Part shown: positions 41,432 through 51,827 of the stretch, piece after piece
Position numbering within the stretch: the stretch's first letter is position 1
How the letters are laid out: each line of letters starts with the position of its first letter
Source: an uncultured Gammaproteobacteria bacterium
Lineage (GTDB): Bacteria > Patescibacteriota > Microgenomatia > CAZETR01 > Amesbacteraceae
Length of the DNA stretch: 64,000 bases
Assembly (NCBI GenBank): GCA_964518565.1
Contig: CAZFGX010000001.1
Span: 798,568 to 862,567 of the forward strand
Direction: 5' to 3'
The notes under the pieces: model-generated
Told to the model about the DNA's origin: nothing
The model's database searches: none
The model's input: the letters and a program-made list of their open reading frames with translations, nothing else
Position numbers and translations under genes: made by a program

Positions 41432-43336
41432 TTATGCCTTCATCAGCCGATCAAACTCTTCTCCGTCCATATTTTCTTCTTCTAAAAGTTTTGCCGACAC
41501 CACATCTAATTTCTTACGGTGCTTCTTCAACAATTTTACAGCTGTCTCATATCCCGTCTCGACAATCTTTTTGACCTCAATATCGATTTGCGACCGCATC
41601 TCTTGAGAAATCTGGTTTTGTTCATACATTCCCTGACCCCATTCAATAGCATCTTGGTCTGGACCATAATTAATCGGCCCCAAATCAGACATACCAAATT
41701 CCATCACCATGTTTCGAGCGACCCGCGACGCCTTATCAATATCATTGCTTGCCCCAGTAGTCATTTCATCAAACACCAATTCTTCCGCAGCCCGACCTCC
41801 TAGCATCATGGCGATTTGAGCCAACAATCGCTTTTTTGTTTCATGTACCCGATCAGCAGCAGGTGGCACCAACGTATGTCCCAAACTCATTCCTCGAGAC
41901 ACGATCGAAATCCGATGGACTGGATCCAATCCATCTTGCGCCCAATTCACAATTGCATGACCAACCTCATGATAAGCGGTCATTTTGCGATCTTCTTCAG
42001 ACTGTATCCGTTTCTTTTGTGGCCCCAGCTTCACTTTCGTGGCTGCTTCTTCGATATCTTTCATCGAAATTTCTTTCTTTTCCTGTCTGGCAGTATCAAT
42101 AGCTGCCTCATTGAGCATATTTTCCAAATCAGCCCCAGAAAAGCCCACTGTTCGCCGAGCTACCGCATCCCAATTCACATCTTTTGAAATCGGCTTATTT
42201 TTTGCATAAATTGCCAAAATTGCTTTTCGGCCATCGACATCTGGCAAATCCACCATCACTCGCCGATCAAATCGGCCAGGACGCAACAACGCTGGATCGA
42301 GTAGGTCTCCACGATTTGTCGCAGCCAAGACAACCACATTGTCATTTGGATTAAATCCGTCCATTTCCACCAAGATTTGGTTCAATGTCTGCTCGCGCTC
42401 ATCGTGTCCACCCATAAATCCATTTCCGCGCTGTCGTCCAATTGCATCAATTTCATCAATAAAAATAATTGCCGGTGCTGCCTTTTTTGCCGTACCAAAC
42501 AAATCTCGTACCCGAGCTGAACCTACCCCGACCAACATTTCCATAAATTCCGACCCAGCCATTGAGAAAAATGGCACACCAGCTTCACCTGCTACTGCTC
42601 GTGCCAATAAAGTTTTGCCTACTCCAGATTGCCCCACCAAAAGAACTCCCTTAGGCGTTCTGGCCCCAATTGCCTTATATTTTCCTGGATTTTTCAAAAA
42701 ATCCACCACTTCTTCCAATTCTCTTTTTGCCTCATCTACTCCAGCCACATCAGCAAATTTTACACTTTGCTTCCCTTTATCAAACAACTTTGCTCGTGAT
42801 TGACCAAAAGAAAACAAACTGTCTTGTTGTCCTCGAGCTTGACGAAACATCCACAAAAATAAGAGCACCGTCGCCCCAATGCCAATAATAGTCGGCAAAG
42901 ATGCAGCCAACAATTGGCCCAGTGTTTGATCTTTAATATCGTAGCGCACGCTAGTTGGGTCGATTTTTGATCGATCCAAAATTTCCGTCATACTCTCATT
43001 TGGCTCCTTACGCGAAATTGCCACCGTTCCATCCTTGTAGCTCAATACCAATTTTTCTGAAAACACCTCTATTTTGTCTACTTTATTCGCCTTGATATCA
43101 GCCAGTGCTTGGGACAACTGCACTTCTTGTCCAGCGCTTTTACCAGCAGACCACAAGCCGAACAAAGAAAAAATCATCAACCCCACGACAATCAGCCAAA
43201 TAAATTTTTGCAAATCAAATTGCATCTGAATCATCACCCCACGCGGCATCTTCTTTTTCTTTGAATCAAGATCTTTTGGTGCTGAAGGTAATTTCGCCAT
43301 ATCAAACTGCCCAATTTTAGCGCACTCGTGCTCCAA
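41432..43336 (-). CDS. ftsH: ATP-dependent zinc metalloprotease FtsH
   Basis: Two N-terminal TMs, AAA Walker [12 protein letters not shown], zinc-binding HEVGHAI. Confidence 0.9.
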   Translation of the reverse strand: MEHECAKIGQFDMAKLPSAPKDLDSKKKKMPRGVMIQMQFDLQKFIWLIVVGLMIFSLFGLWSAGKSAGQEVQLSQALADIKANKVDKIEVFSEKLVLSYKDGTVAISRKEPNESMTEILDRSKIDPTSVRYDIKDQTLGQLLAASLPTIIGIGATVLLFLWMFRQARGQQDSLFSFGQSRAKLFDKGKQSVKFADVAGVDEAKRELEEVVDFLKNPGKYKAIGARTPKGVLLVGQSGVGKTLLARAVAGEAGVPFFSMAGSEFMEMLVGVGSARVRDLFGTAKKAAPAIIFIDEIDAIGRQRGNGFMGGHDEREQTLNQILVEMDGFNPNDNVVVLAATNRGDLLDPALLRPGRFDRRVMVDLPDVDGRKAILAIYAKNKPISKDVNWDAVARRTVGFSGADLENMLNEAAIDTARQEKKEISMKDIEEAATKVKLGPQKKRIQSEEDRKMTAYHEVGHAIVNWAQDGLDPVHRISIVSRGMSLGHTLVPPAADRVHETKKRLLAQIAMMLGGRAAEELVFDEMTTGASNDIDKASRVARNMVMEFGMSDLGPINYGPDQDAIEWGQGMYEQNQISQEMRSQIDIEVKKIVETGYETAVKLLKKHRKKLDVVSAKLLEEENMDGEEFDRLMKA

Positions 43337-43646
43337 TAGCCATCTCCTCTATCGCCTGAACAAAAATTGGTTTCCCCCCTTCTCCATCGACGGCCAAAAT
43401 CATGCCTTGAGATTCCATCCCCATCATTTTTTTGGATTCCAAATTTGTCACAAACAAAAATTTCTTCCCACCAAAATATTCTGCCTCGAATCCATAGGGT
43501 CTCACCCCAGTAAAAATCGTCCGTGGCTGCTCTTCACCCAAATTGACCGTCAGTCGAATCAACTTCTCACTACCTTCTTGATCTACTGCCTCCAGAACCA
43601 AGCCCACTTGAATCTGCACCTCTTTAAATTGCTCAATGGTGATCAT
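43317..43646 (-). CDS. tRNA-binding domain protein (Myf/CsaA/Trbp111-like OB fold)
   Basis: 109 aa; pattern VGLVLEAV...GVRPYG...MESQGMIL typical of the EMAP/MetRS C-terminal tRNA-binding domain. Confidence 0.6.
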   Translation of the reverse strand: MITIEQFKEVQIQVGLVLEAVDQEGSEKLIRLTVNLGEEQPRTIFTGVRPYGFEAEYFGGKKFLFVTNLESKKMMGMESQGMILAVDGEGGKPIFVQAIEEMAIGARVR

Positions 43647-44623
43647 ACAAACCCCACTTTACCATACACATCTACCACTCTCGGATGAGAGAGTTCATAT
43701 GCTCGCTGTCCATTCTGTTTCAAAATCGTTTCGACCTCTCCCGATTTTCTTAACTCGGAAAATCGTCTTTGAAATGGCTCCAAAAATCCTATTACCACCT
43801 CAGTCAGTCCCAGTTTAAATTCTTTATACCCCTTTCCTTCATATTCAGTTTCGACCTCAGCTGGAGTTTTACCCGACAATTGACTATAAATTTCTACCAG
43901 ATTAAACACCCCTGGTCGGTTTTTATCATATGCAATCGTCCGCTCACTGTCTGTCACTGCTCTAGCAATTTTTTCTCGCACCATATCTACACTATCCAGT
44001 AGTCCTATAGCTCCATATTGATTCGTATCACTCTTACTCATTTTTTTTGTTGGTTCCTGCAAACTCATAATTCTAGACCCGACACTCGGAATTTTTGGCT
44101 CAGGCAAAACAAATGTCTGGCCAAATTTGGCATTAAATCGCTCGGCAATATCCCGCGCCAGTTCTACATGCTGCTTTTGATCATCGCCCACCGGCACCTC
44201 AGTCGTCCCATACAACAAAATATCCGCCGCCATCAGTACCGGATAGTCAAACAATCCCACACTTACCATATCTTTTCCTTCAGACTTTTCTTTAAATTGA
44301 GTCATTCGATTCAACTGTCCCATACCAGTAAAACAATTCAGTATCCAAGCCAAATTCGCATGATCTGGATTATGAGATTGGGCAAACAACAATGATTTTT
44401 TCGTATCAATACCTGCAGCGACCAAAATTGCTGCCATATCCAAGATTTTCTCTCGCAAAACTGCCGGCTCTTGGGCTACCGTAATCGAATGTAAATCCAC
44501 AATACAATAAATATTCAACCTATCTTCCGTTTGCATATTCACCCATTGCTTGACTGCGCCAATGTAATTACCTATATGCAAATTTCCCGTCGGTTGAATA
44601 CCAGAAAACACAATTTGTTTCAT
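43643..44623 (-). CDS. trpS: tryptophan--tRNA ligase
   Basis: HIGH-like TGNLHIGNYIG and KMSKS. Confidence 0.9.
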   Translation of the reverse strand: MKQIVFSGIQPTGNLHIGNYIGAVKQWVNMQTEDRLNIYCIVDLHSITVAQEPAVLREKILDMAAILVAAGIDTKKSLLFAQSHNPDHANLAWILNCFTGMGQLNRMTQFKEKSEGKDMVSVGLFDYPVLMAADILLYGTTEVPVGDDQKQHVELARDIAERFNAKFGQTFVLPEPKIPSVGSRIMSLQEPTKKMSKSDTNQYGAIGLLDSVDMVREKIARAVTDSERTIAYDKNRPGVFNLVEIYSQLSGKTPAEVETEYEGKGYKEFKLGLTEVVIGFLEPFQRRFSELRKSGEVETILKQNGQRAYELSHPRVVDVYGKVGFV

Positions 44624-44724
44624 ACTCCTTATTCTACATCACAAAAAAAATGACGGTGGTAAAACACAACTGTGTATACCACCGTCACAACTAACTAGTG
44701 AGAATAGTGATTAACCAAAAATGA

Positions 44725-45399
44725 CTACTTCGGCCCACCCAACTGCTTACGATTCTTTGCCAACCAGGCTTCCATATCTTGCAACTGCGGCATCTGAGGT
44801 ATAGAAGGTAAAGATGGCAACGAAGGCGGCGGCGGTAGCTGAACATTGTTGGCAGGAACATTGATATGCACCCGCTTGGGTTCCGGTACAACTTCTCCTT
44901 GAATAACGGGCAACTGCTGCCGTGATCGTGACGGTCGCGGCATATGCGCCGGCTCAGGCAAACTCCGATACCGCGGCGGCTGATAGTACTGCACCTGTGG
45001 CGCTTGTTGTATTTGCGAAAGTTGATTCAGCAATTGTCGCTGAGCCAAGAGCTGTTGTTGCAAAAGTTCATTTGCCTGTATTGCTTGCTGATCCAATGCA
45101 TGAATCTTTCGGGCATAAAACATACCCTTAATCCCCAACAAGCCCTGCCTATGTCCTTCTGTCTCAGTTTGAGCATGAAGCAACTTTCTTTTGACCTTTT
45201 CTGTTTTGATTTTTTCCCGAGCCAATTCTCTCTCGCTACTGATATAACGAATATATTCCCTCCATGTCCCGACCTGGTGAATCGCCATCCAAGCGAAAAT
45301 TCCGACCATAGCCAGAATGGCAAGAATGCCAAAAATCATCACTGTCGGATCAGGACCAATCGAAATCACATGTACCGACTCACTAAAATGTGTATCCAT
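44725..45399 (-). CDS. membrane-anchored coiled-coil / Pro-Gln-rich hypothetical protein
   Basis: 224 aa, one TM, Gln-rich coiled coil, C-terminal PPPPSLPSLPS. Confidence 0.45.
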   Translation of the reverse strand: MDTHFSESVHVISIGPDPTVMIFGILAILAMVGIFAWMAIHQVGTWREYIRYISSERELAREKIKTEKVKRKLLHAQTETEGHRQGLLGIKGMFYARKIHALDQQAIQANELLQQQLLAQRQLLNQLSQIQQAPQVQYYQPPRYRSLPEPAHMPRPSRSRQQLPVIQGEVVPEPKRVHINVPANNVQLPPPPSLPSLPSIPQMPQLQDMEAWLAKNRKQLGGPK

Positions 45400-45522
45400 A
45401 CACCCTCCTCAAAAGATCAATAGACTATTCTCAAAAGTCAACGTACTCACCCGGCCGTATGTCAAAAAACGCGTTTCGTCTTATATACGGCCAAAGCTGG
45501 CCGTATTGTACCAAAGTTACCC

Positions 45523-45552
45523 TCAAATAGCTATCAAATAGACCTATAGTAT
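45523..45552. promoter_or_regulatory. conserved intergenic element CCTCAAATAG-N11-ACCTATAGTAT (copy 1) in a divergent promoter region
   Basis: Near-identical element at 54183-54217; CTATAG palindromic cores; partial copy CCTATAGTAT fused to a TTGACA -35 at 51687; flanked by three GGCCGTAT repeats (45452-45505). Confidence 0.35.
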
Positions 45553-45603
45553 GATATAATAGATACAGAGTTTTTGGCACGTTCACAATTTAGGAGGTAA
45601 TGT

Positions 45604-46479
45604 ATGAGAGACAATGACGATGGCTGGTGGATCAAACCCACAGTCAAAGCAGTAATTGGTTTGGCAATTTTGTTTGTTATTTGGTTCGTCGAGTTTGTCA
45701 TAAATCCCTATGGCAATACTAGCGTAGTTCTCCCCGGTGGTCACACCGGATTGATCAAAGGTGTGTATTGCGATAATGCTTGGCAACCATGGCGTTTCCA
45801 AGCCACAAATCAAACCGGCCGCGCAAACAAAAGAAATTGGATTGTGGTCAATGTCTGGATAGACAACGACGGCGTCAAAACCCGTCCTAGCCAAGGCACA
45901 CTGACCGAAAAGTATGAATTTTCAGTTCCTAAATGCGAAAATGAACTCGTAGATGTGGCCAAAATCTGGTCAATAAGCACCAGCAGTCAAGAAATTCACT
46001 TCCGGGTTCATCCGCAGTTTACGATCCAAGATACAGACGCCCAAACCAAAATCAGCGGGTATCTAACTGGCTCACAATTGCTGTTCAGTTTTCTGACCAG
46101 TCTACTTGTCGGTATCACATTAGCTGGACCATTTTTTCTTGGTCTATGCCTATACGACCTGTTCGACAAAGTGGTAGATCGGTACGTCTTAACCCATACG
46201 GACATTCCACATCTGGGTCATGTCCGTATCGCCCTACTCTTTGGCGCCCTTCTGTTTTTCGCCTGGCCACCAATTAGTCACTGGCTTATCAGCCTCGACC
46301 CGTTCTGGGCCGAAGATTGGTACAGCCAATATGTGCCCGCCTTGGAACAAACCGGTGTCGTAAACATCAGTTGGTCCATTTGGGCATGTATCAGTCTAAT
46401 CGTTGGCTATCTAGTCGAAATTGGTGTGGATCAAATCTACAAAAGGATAAAAAATCGTGGAAAAAACCAACAAAGCTAG
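45604..46479 (+). CDS. polytopic membrane protein, paralogue A (unknown function)
   Basis: 291 aa; N-terminal TM, extracytoplasmic segment LPGGHTGLIKGVYC...NVWIDNDG...HFRVHPQFTIQD, four C-terminal TMs; GGAGG RBS. Confidence 0.55.
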   Translation: MRDNDDGWWIKPTVKAVIGLAILFVIWFVEFVINPYGNTSVVLPGGHTGLIKGVYCDNAWQPWRFQATNQTGRANKRNWIVVNVWIDNDGVKTRPSQGTLTEKYEFSVPKCENELVDVAKIWSISTSSQEIHFRVHPQFTIQDTDAQTKISGYLTGSQLLFSFLTSLLVGITLAGPFFLGLCLYDLFDKVVDRYVLTHTDIPHLGHVRIALLFGALLFFAWPPISHWLISLDPFWAEDWYSQYVPALEQTGVVNISWSIWACISLIVGYLVEIGVDQIYKRIKNRGKNQQS

Positions 46480-47233
46480 CACTCCTGAAGAAATCATTCA
46501 AGCAGTCCAAATACTGCTCATAATACTGATTCTAATCTGTGCATGGACAATTTATGTAAATAGCATCATAGCTCATCCGTCTGGAAATCCACGGTTCGAG
46601 CTTCCTGAAGGCCATGTCGGCCAAATCTATGGCTTGTATTGCAATGACGAAATGGTCTATTGGAGACTACATGTCACGAGCGATATAACCAGCAAAGACG
46701 ACAAAAGTTTTGTCTATGCCAATGCCTGGATAGACCAAAACGGTACTCCAAAAAATCCCACAAATATCTTTCTAGTAGAGGGAGAAGAATTGTCATTTAC
46801 TGGATGCGATGGTGAAAAAATCGAGGTGGCTCGAATCAGTAAATTGATTCCCGGTACTCGAAATATTCAGTTTCGCGTTCACAACAATTATCAAATAATC
46901 GACATTTCAACGCTTATCAACAGAGTGTATAGCCCTCTCACCGTTCTAAGCAAAGTCGAACGAGAGTATCTAAATGTCATGCTGACAATCTGTTTACAAT
47001 TTTTTATCACATTCAGCCTGGCTCAATATATTGAGCCTCCAAAATCAAGAAATGATCTTTCCGCCTGCATGTGGATGTCAATATTTGTAGGTATGCTGAC
47101 GTTTCAGATGTTTCTGATTTTAACTATCTACTTCACAGTACCTGAAAAGATCATGTTTGCTGTCACCGCGGCAGCTGCATTTTTCTGCTCTCAGATACTG
47201 CTGATGCAAAAGAACAACTACCAAAAACTCTAA
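46457..47233 (+). CDS. polytopic membrane protein, paralogue B (unknown function)
   Basis: 258 aa; same architecture and conserved positions (LPEGHVGQIYGLYC...NAWIDQNG...QFRVHNNYQIID); overlaps A by 23 nt. Confidence 0.55.
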   Translation: MEKTNKASTPEEIIQAVQILLIILILICAWTIYVNSIIAHPSGNPRFELPEGHVGQIYGLYCNDEMVYWRLHVTSDITSKDDKSFVYANAWIDQNGTPKNPTNIFLVEGEELSFTGCDGEKIEVARISKLIPGTRNIQFRVHNNYQIIDISTLINRVYSPLTVLSKVEREYLNVMLTICLQFFITFSLAQYIEPPKSRNDLSACMWMSIFVGMLTFQMFLILTIYFTVPEKIMFAVTAAAAFFCSQILLMQKNNYQKL

Positions 47234-47240
47234 CCCCATA

Positions 47241-47277
47241 GCGAGGTCAGGCTTTTAGCCTACCTCGCTTTTTTTTG
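47241..47277 (+). terminator. rho-independent terminator
   Basis: GCGAGGT...ACCTCGC hairpin followed by TTTTTTTT. Confidence 0.55.
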
Positions 47278-47334
47278 CAAAAAAAATGGGTGGTCTGCTC
47301 TCGCATTCCACCCATGACACCTCCTTCAAGATAT

Positions 47335-47880
47335 TTAGACTTCTTTCACTCCTCCAAACAATCCTACTCCCGATACATACACTGTCCAAAAATTATTCGC
47401 CCAATCAACGGAAACCACGACTGGCACAGTATCGCGAGTAGAAAAGTATTTGGACTCCCCAGACGCACGCCTCACGTTCATCATATCAGCCAACACCAGC
47501 TGCATCTTAAAATCTCGCCACCTGCCTTGCACTTGCTCTGGCAACCAATACCACACCGGCATGTCCGTGACCAAAAATCGCTTGCGTGGCCCGGGACTAA
47601 ACTTTGACGGACCATCATAAAACCGATCTAGATCAACTTGCTGATGCTCAGTAACTCGAACAGAAATCTGCCCCCCATCATCGAGTCGCATACGTAGCAA
47701 CATGGGCTGATTCAAAAATTCAATCGCGCAGATCACTGTACCCTGGCCGGAGAGTAAATACTCTCCAAACACCACTGGTTGTGGCGAAGTCCGAGGAGCC
47801 GTAGCTGGTTCAACTGACCGAAAACGCAATTCCCGCCGAGCATGAAAAATTCGGAAAAACTGCAAAAACTCAAGCAACAT
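47335..47880 (-). CDS. hypothetical protein (locally GC-richer ORFan)
   Basis: 181-aa ORF, no recognised motifs. Confidence 0.4.
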   Translation of the reverse strand: MLLEFLQFFRIFHARRELRFRSVEPATAPRTSPQPVVFGEYLLSGQGTVICAIEFLNQPMLLRMRLDDGGQISVRVTEHQQVDLDRFYDGPSKFSPGPRKRFLVTDMPVWYWLPEQVQGRWRDFKMQLVLADMMNVRRASGESKYFSTRDTVPVVVSVDWANNFWTVYVSGVGLFGGVKEV

Positions 47881-48044
47881 ACATCATTCCTCCAAAGTCT
47901 AAAAGATATTAAAGTACAAAAAAAAACTAGGCTAGGCATTTAGCAGCATATTGCCAAATTTATAGCCAAAAATACTAATCCAATTATACGTTTCAAAACA
48001 AGATTAATCAAACACTACAGGATATACACGCTTTTATTTTTCGA

Positions 48045-48080
48045 AAAAAAAGGGCGGATAGCTTTACAGCCACCCGCCCA
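48045..48080 (-). terminator. rho-independent terminator (minus strand)
   Basis: GGGCGG...CCGCCC hairpin with A8 on the plus strand (U-run on minus), just downstream of the 48114 stop. Confidence 0.5.
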
Positions 48081-48113
48081 CACAAAACATTACTTCAAGA
48101 AAGTCATTACCAA

Positions 48114-48923
48114 CTACTTACCAGGGGTAGGTGCCAAGGGATCAAGATCATCAACACCTGTGTCAAACGTCTTTTGAACCTCAGCCGCAGTAATCGGCCG
48201 GAAGATATATTCATATGCCGCCTTGGCATTCAAAATACATTGCTTCAGAGCCGGATTCCAAGAGATGTGATAATAGTCACAAATCGCTTGATCCTTCGAA
48301 AGAGATTCCAAATTGAAAGTCGGATACGCATAGCTCGGAACGGCAATCCCATTCTTTTGCGCCTGCTCTTGAGCATACTGCAAAATCTGAACTGCCATAG
48401 CCCGATACAAGTCGCCGGTATATTGAGTGTCAAGCTTGAGTTTCAACTCCCACAATTGGGCAAACTCGTCAGCACGGCCACGGCGCCAAACGGTAATATC
48501 ATTTGCAATTTGCTCGCCCATTGCCTGACATTTAGTGATGTCAGGATACTGCTCGTTCACCACGAGCGCATTGACCAACGGTTGAGTTGCAACTTGCAAA
48601 CCTTCGCTTGGCTTCGTCTTGCCTGCATTCACGTCATATCGACCTGAAACTGCATCACGCAAGGTCGTGGCCGAATTTTTGTAGCACTGATCAATGAGCG
48701 GGTATTTGTTTTTGATAGTCAAATACCCCTCGTTGGTGTCTTGTTGAATCTTCAGATACTGAGCTTCTGCTTGATTCTCCAATGCCACCGTCGTGTTCCA
48801 ATGCGTATGAACCTGATCAAGGGTTCTACTTGCTTGAGACACACTCGGCAACAAACCACACGAGCTCAACAACACAGCGCACATGAGAAAAAACGAAGCG
48901 ACAGACTTATGCAAACTTTTCAT
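48114..48923 (-). CDS. putative lipoprotein of unknown function
   Basis: 269 aa; signal peptide ending in lipobox LLSSC. Confidence 0.5.
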   Translation of the reverse strand: MKSLHKSVASFFLMCAVLLSSCGLLPSVSQASRTLDQVHTHWNTTVALENQAEAQYLKIQQDTNEGYLTIKNKYPLIDQCYKNSATTLRDAVSGRYDVNAGKTKPSEGLQVATQPLVNALVVNEQYPDITKCQAMGEQIANDITVWRRGRADEFAQLWELKLKLDTQYTGDLYRAMAVQILQYAQEQAQKNGIAVPSYAYPTFNLESLSKDQAICDYYHISWNPALKQCILNAKAAYEYIFRPITAAEVQKTFDTGVDDLDPLAPTPGK

Positions 48924-48954
48924 ATGTAGGTACCTCTTTTTGAAAATTTTTGAC

Positions 48955-50499
48955 TTACGAACGACGCTGACTCACAAACCACGCAGACACTCCTAAAAAG
49001 AGCGCCCATATTACAACATTAATAACGATCGACCCAAATAAACGTGAGCTTTTAATTGCTTCAATTTGTTCGGGCTTTGGCGTAATCAACGCTTTGCGAT
49101 ATTCTTCAGTCTTCATAGAAACACGGTGAAAACCATGCCCTTCTCGACCATCTCGCAATATGGCATCAATCACACCACCACTAAAATTGATCTGTGCGTT
49201 TCCACCAACCAGACTCGCTTGCATATCACCAAAAAAGCTTTTGGGTGAAAATGAAAACGGGGCAATTTGTTCCACGTCAAGTTGTACCTGACGATTGCCA
49301 ACAAACATACCAGTTTCCATTACACAAGCTACAACTGATTGCCGATCGGCAGAAACAGTACACAAAACAATAATGGTGTTTTTGGGCAAAATAAATCGCC
49401 CAAATACGTTTTCTTGCATCAGATACGCCTTGGCAGTTCGTATCCACTCAAAGCGATCAGAAACAAGATCTTGTGGAGCAAAGGCAAAAATCACACTGGC
49501 TTGCAATTGATTGCCTGCCATTGCTGCCCACATTGCTGCGGTTTTTTGCCACTCCATCCATTCGTTTTGTGACATGGTCACATTCAAAAATTGAACAAAG
49601 TCATAATCGTACCCTCTTCCGACTGGCACATTTTGAGCATTCACGCCCATTTGTTTTTTGCCACTATCGTAAATAGGATTGATTTTGGGCAAGAGCCCAC
49701 GACCTTGGTATTTAGGAATATGACCACCATATTCACGAAACAGTGTTACGTCATCCGCAAACACCCAGTTAGAATATTTGTGATACACCGAACCTGGCAA
49801 TGGCAAACCAGAATCAACAGCCGCTTTAATTCGCGACCATTCATCTGGAGTCTTCCATTCGAAAGAGCCACTTGGATAAGAAAATCGATAAGTGTTACTC
49901 TGCCAGTTTTCCGGAGCTAAGTGTTCAGCAAATACTCGGTGACCATTTTCAAACACATTCAACTCAGCCGTCAATGTTCTTTCGTAGTTAAACCACGGAG
50001 TGTACATATACAAACGCTCTACACACTCCTTCTTGGTTTTTTTTGGTTTACGCGAAGTTGGCTTTCCTGAACTATTAGTTGAACTAGAAGAATCGTCTAC
50101 CTCTACATCTTCATATCGAGTACACTTGCTTGTTTCAGTCACATAACGACATCCTGTGCCATTAGATTCTGAATGAGATTCATAGTACCGACAATCAAAA
50201 CGCTCTTCTTGGTATGACACCCATGCGCCGTGCAGTTTTTCAATATACGCTGCCCGATCCATTTTGGCCTGTTCCCAAGAAGTAGAGATCGACTCATTGG
50301 CCTGTCCATTTGCAATCAAAGGGCCACCGATCAGCGACACCAACACTGCAGGGATAACGATTGCACAACCTAAGGGCTGTTTTTGGGACAATGCAAAAAT
50401 TGACACTCCCAACGCAACCAAACCACTGATGATTAATGTCGCCCAAAAGGCGGACCACCAAACCGAATTAAACAATACGTCCAACGGGGTTAATTCCAT
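48955..50499 (-). CDS. hypothetical membrane protein (N- and C-terminal TM, large middle domain)
   Basis: 514 aa; Ser-rich/basic stretch SSSSTNSSGKPTSRKPKKTKK; no recognised motifs. Confidence 0.45.
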   Translation of the reverse strand: MELTPLDVLFNSVWWSAFWATLIISGLVALGVSIFALSQKQPLGCAIVIPAVLVSLIGGPLIANGQANESISTSWEQAKMDRAAYIEKLHGAWVSYQEERFDCRYYESHSESNGTGCRYVTETSKCTRYEDVEVDDSSSSTNSSGKPTSRKPKKTKKECVERLYMYTPWFNYERTLTAELNVFENGHRVFAEHLAPENWQSNTYRFSYPSGSFEWKTPDEWSRIKAAVDSGLPLPGSVYHKYSNWVFADDVTLFREYGGHIPKYQGRGLLPKINPIYDSGKKQMGVNAQNVPVGRGYDYDFVQFLNVTMSQNEWMEWQKTAAMWAAMAGNQLQASVIFAFAPQDLVSDRFEWIRTAKAYLMQENVFGRFILPKNTIIVLCTVSADRQSVVACVMETGMFVGNRQVQLDVEQIAPFSFSPKSFFGDMQASLVGGNAQINFSGGVIDAILRDGREGHGFHRVSMKTEEYRKALITPKPEQIEAIKSSRLFGSIVINVVIWALFLGVSAWFVSQRRS

Positions 50500-50654
50500 C
50501 TCATAAGCCTCCTACTTTTCTTGAAGAATGTTAAAGAACCAGAACTGGTAACTTCACAAAAAAGGCGCAGCAAACGCGCCAGTTTTATGAATATTACATT
50601 GCGGTCATGTTATCAAATTACACCTAAAATGTCAATACTACAGGACATAAAGCA

Positions 50655-50700
50655 CAAAAAAAAGGCGCTCAGGGTATTTTTACCCCAAGCGCCACAAAAC
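50655..50700 (-). terminator. rho-independent terminator (minus strand)
   Basis: GGCGCT...AGCGCC hairpin with A-run on the plus strand, downstream of the 50738 stop. Confidence 0.45.
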
Positions 50701-50737
50701 TATCCAAACCGAAACTGTCACAAACGCTCTGTTTGTA

Positions 50738-50989
50738 CTACGTATTTGGACTACAAATCGCCTTCACAAAGGCTACCCGAAATCGCTCTGCTAGATTCTC
50801 ATCAAACCCATGTGGAATCACCACCCTCCACAGCAAAGCATCGCCATTTTCACCTTGCGAAACCTGCTTAGCCAGACTACGAACCTGCTCCATCATAGTG
50901 TTGGGCACGTTGTCCATCTCACCCGTCTCCAAATGAGACACCAAAATTTGTACTGCGTGCTCTGGAGTCAACTCAATTCCTGCCACCAC
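50738..50989 (-). CDS. small hypothetical protein
   Basis: 83 aa, last gene of a tightly packed three-gene minus-strand operon. Confidence 0.35.
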   Translation of the reverse strand: MVAGIELTPEHAVQILVSHLETGEMDNVPNTMMEQVRSLAKQVSQGENGDALLWRVVIPHGFDENLAERFRVAFVKAICSPNT

Positions 50990-50996
50990 TCACCTC

Positions 50997-51284
50997 CTAA
51001 TCTGTCAAAAACGGATACGGCAAGGGGTATTTCCCTTCCATCTGTCGCATCAACTCTTGCCAGCCTATTCCTCCAAGTGTATTTTCTGGATGTGGCAATT
51101 GCCAATGCAAAAATCCACCCGGACTCGCCTTTTGCAAAGCCATTACCGACTGTACGAGCAGCCAAACTGCTCGAGACTGTGTAGTCACGGTTGCATCATC
51201 AAAAATCCTCGCCATCACCTCTTTTACTGCACTCAGCTCTACCTGATCCACGGATACATTTGACATATGCCTCCTATTTAGCAA
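50997..51284 (-). CDS. small hypothetical protein
   Basis: 95 aa; start overlaps the upstream gene stop. Confidence 0.35.
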   Translation of the reverse strand: MLNRRHMSNVSVDQVELSAVKEVMARIFDDATVTTQSRAVWLLVQSVMALQKASPGGFLHWQLPHPENTLGGIGWQELMRQMEGKYPLPYPFLTD

Positions 51285-51643
51285 TCTATTATCTGCTTAA
51301 ACCACACCGAAGTCCCAATCCACTTTCGCCAAAACCAACCCACAATTCCCGGCTGCGACATGTGCACAAAATCTCGAATATATAGCCGTGCCTGATCTGG
51401 CCAATCTACAAAAGCCTGTGGCAAGACCCCTTGCCACTGGATATCTTTTGCCACCACTCCGGACAAAAGCAGCTCATAAGCTTCCCGAACTTTTCGATCA
51501 TGAACCGCCCCGTCACTCAAATCCAAACCATTTCGAGCTATTTGCATATCGTGCCATACCAGACGCTCGACATCTAGGTCACTCCCAGTATTCACCACGA
51601 TTCCTCCTAACGAAACATAGATTTTTAAATGTACAAACCCCAA
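51278..51643 (-). CDS. small hypothetical protein
   Basis: 121 aa, first gene of the three-gene operon. Confidence 0.35.
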   Translation of the reverse strand: MGFVHLKIYVSLGGIVVNTGSDLDVERLVWHDMQIARNGLDLSDGAVHDRKVREAYELLLSGVVAKDIQWQGVLPQAFVDWPDQARLYIRDFVHMSQPGIVGWFWRKWIGTSVWFKQIIDC

Positions 51644-51686
51644 ATGGGGGAATAAATTATACCTTAATTGGTAAAAAAATTAATAT

Positions 51687-51724
51687 CCTATAGTATTGAC
51701 AAATTGTTCACAAAATGATAAAAT
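51687..51724 (+). promoter_or_regulatory. sigma70-like promoter (TTGACA-17-TAAAAT) with upstream CCTATAGTAT element
   Basis: TTGACA at 51696-51701, 17-nt spacer, TAAAAT at 51719-51724; ~100 nt upstream of the 51828 ATG. Confidence 0.45.
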
Positions 51725-51827
51725 TTATAAATCAGTACATTAAAAACTTAATTCATAGAGAGTAATACCAACATAACTTAAAAACGGTTAATCAAAGCCA
51801 CAAAGCGTGGTTAGATCTTAAAAAGTT

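Noticed and set aside
28646-45399. Many plus-strand ORFs listed by the track within this interval (e.g. 28809-29060, 30458-30871, 34353-34655, 40556-41125, 42339-42803)
   Set aside because: All are antisense to well-supported minus-strand housekeeping genes with clear motifs.
45573-45590. TGGCACG...CAATT resembling a sigma54 -24/-12 promoter
   Set aside because: The -12 element does not match TTGCW and sigma54 is not expected in this lineage; likely chance.
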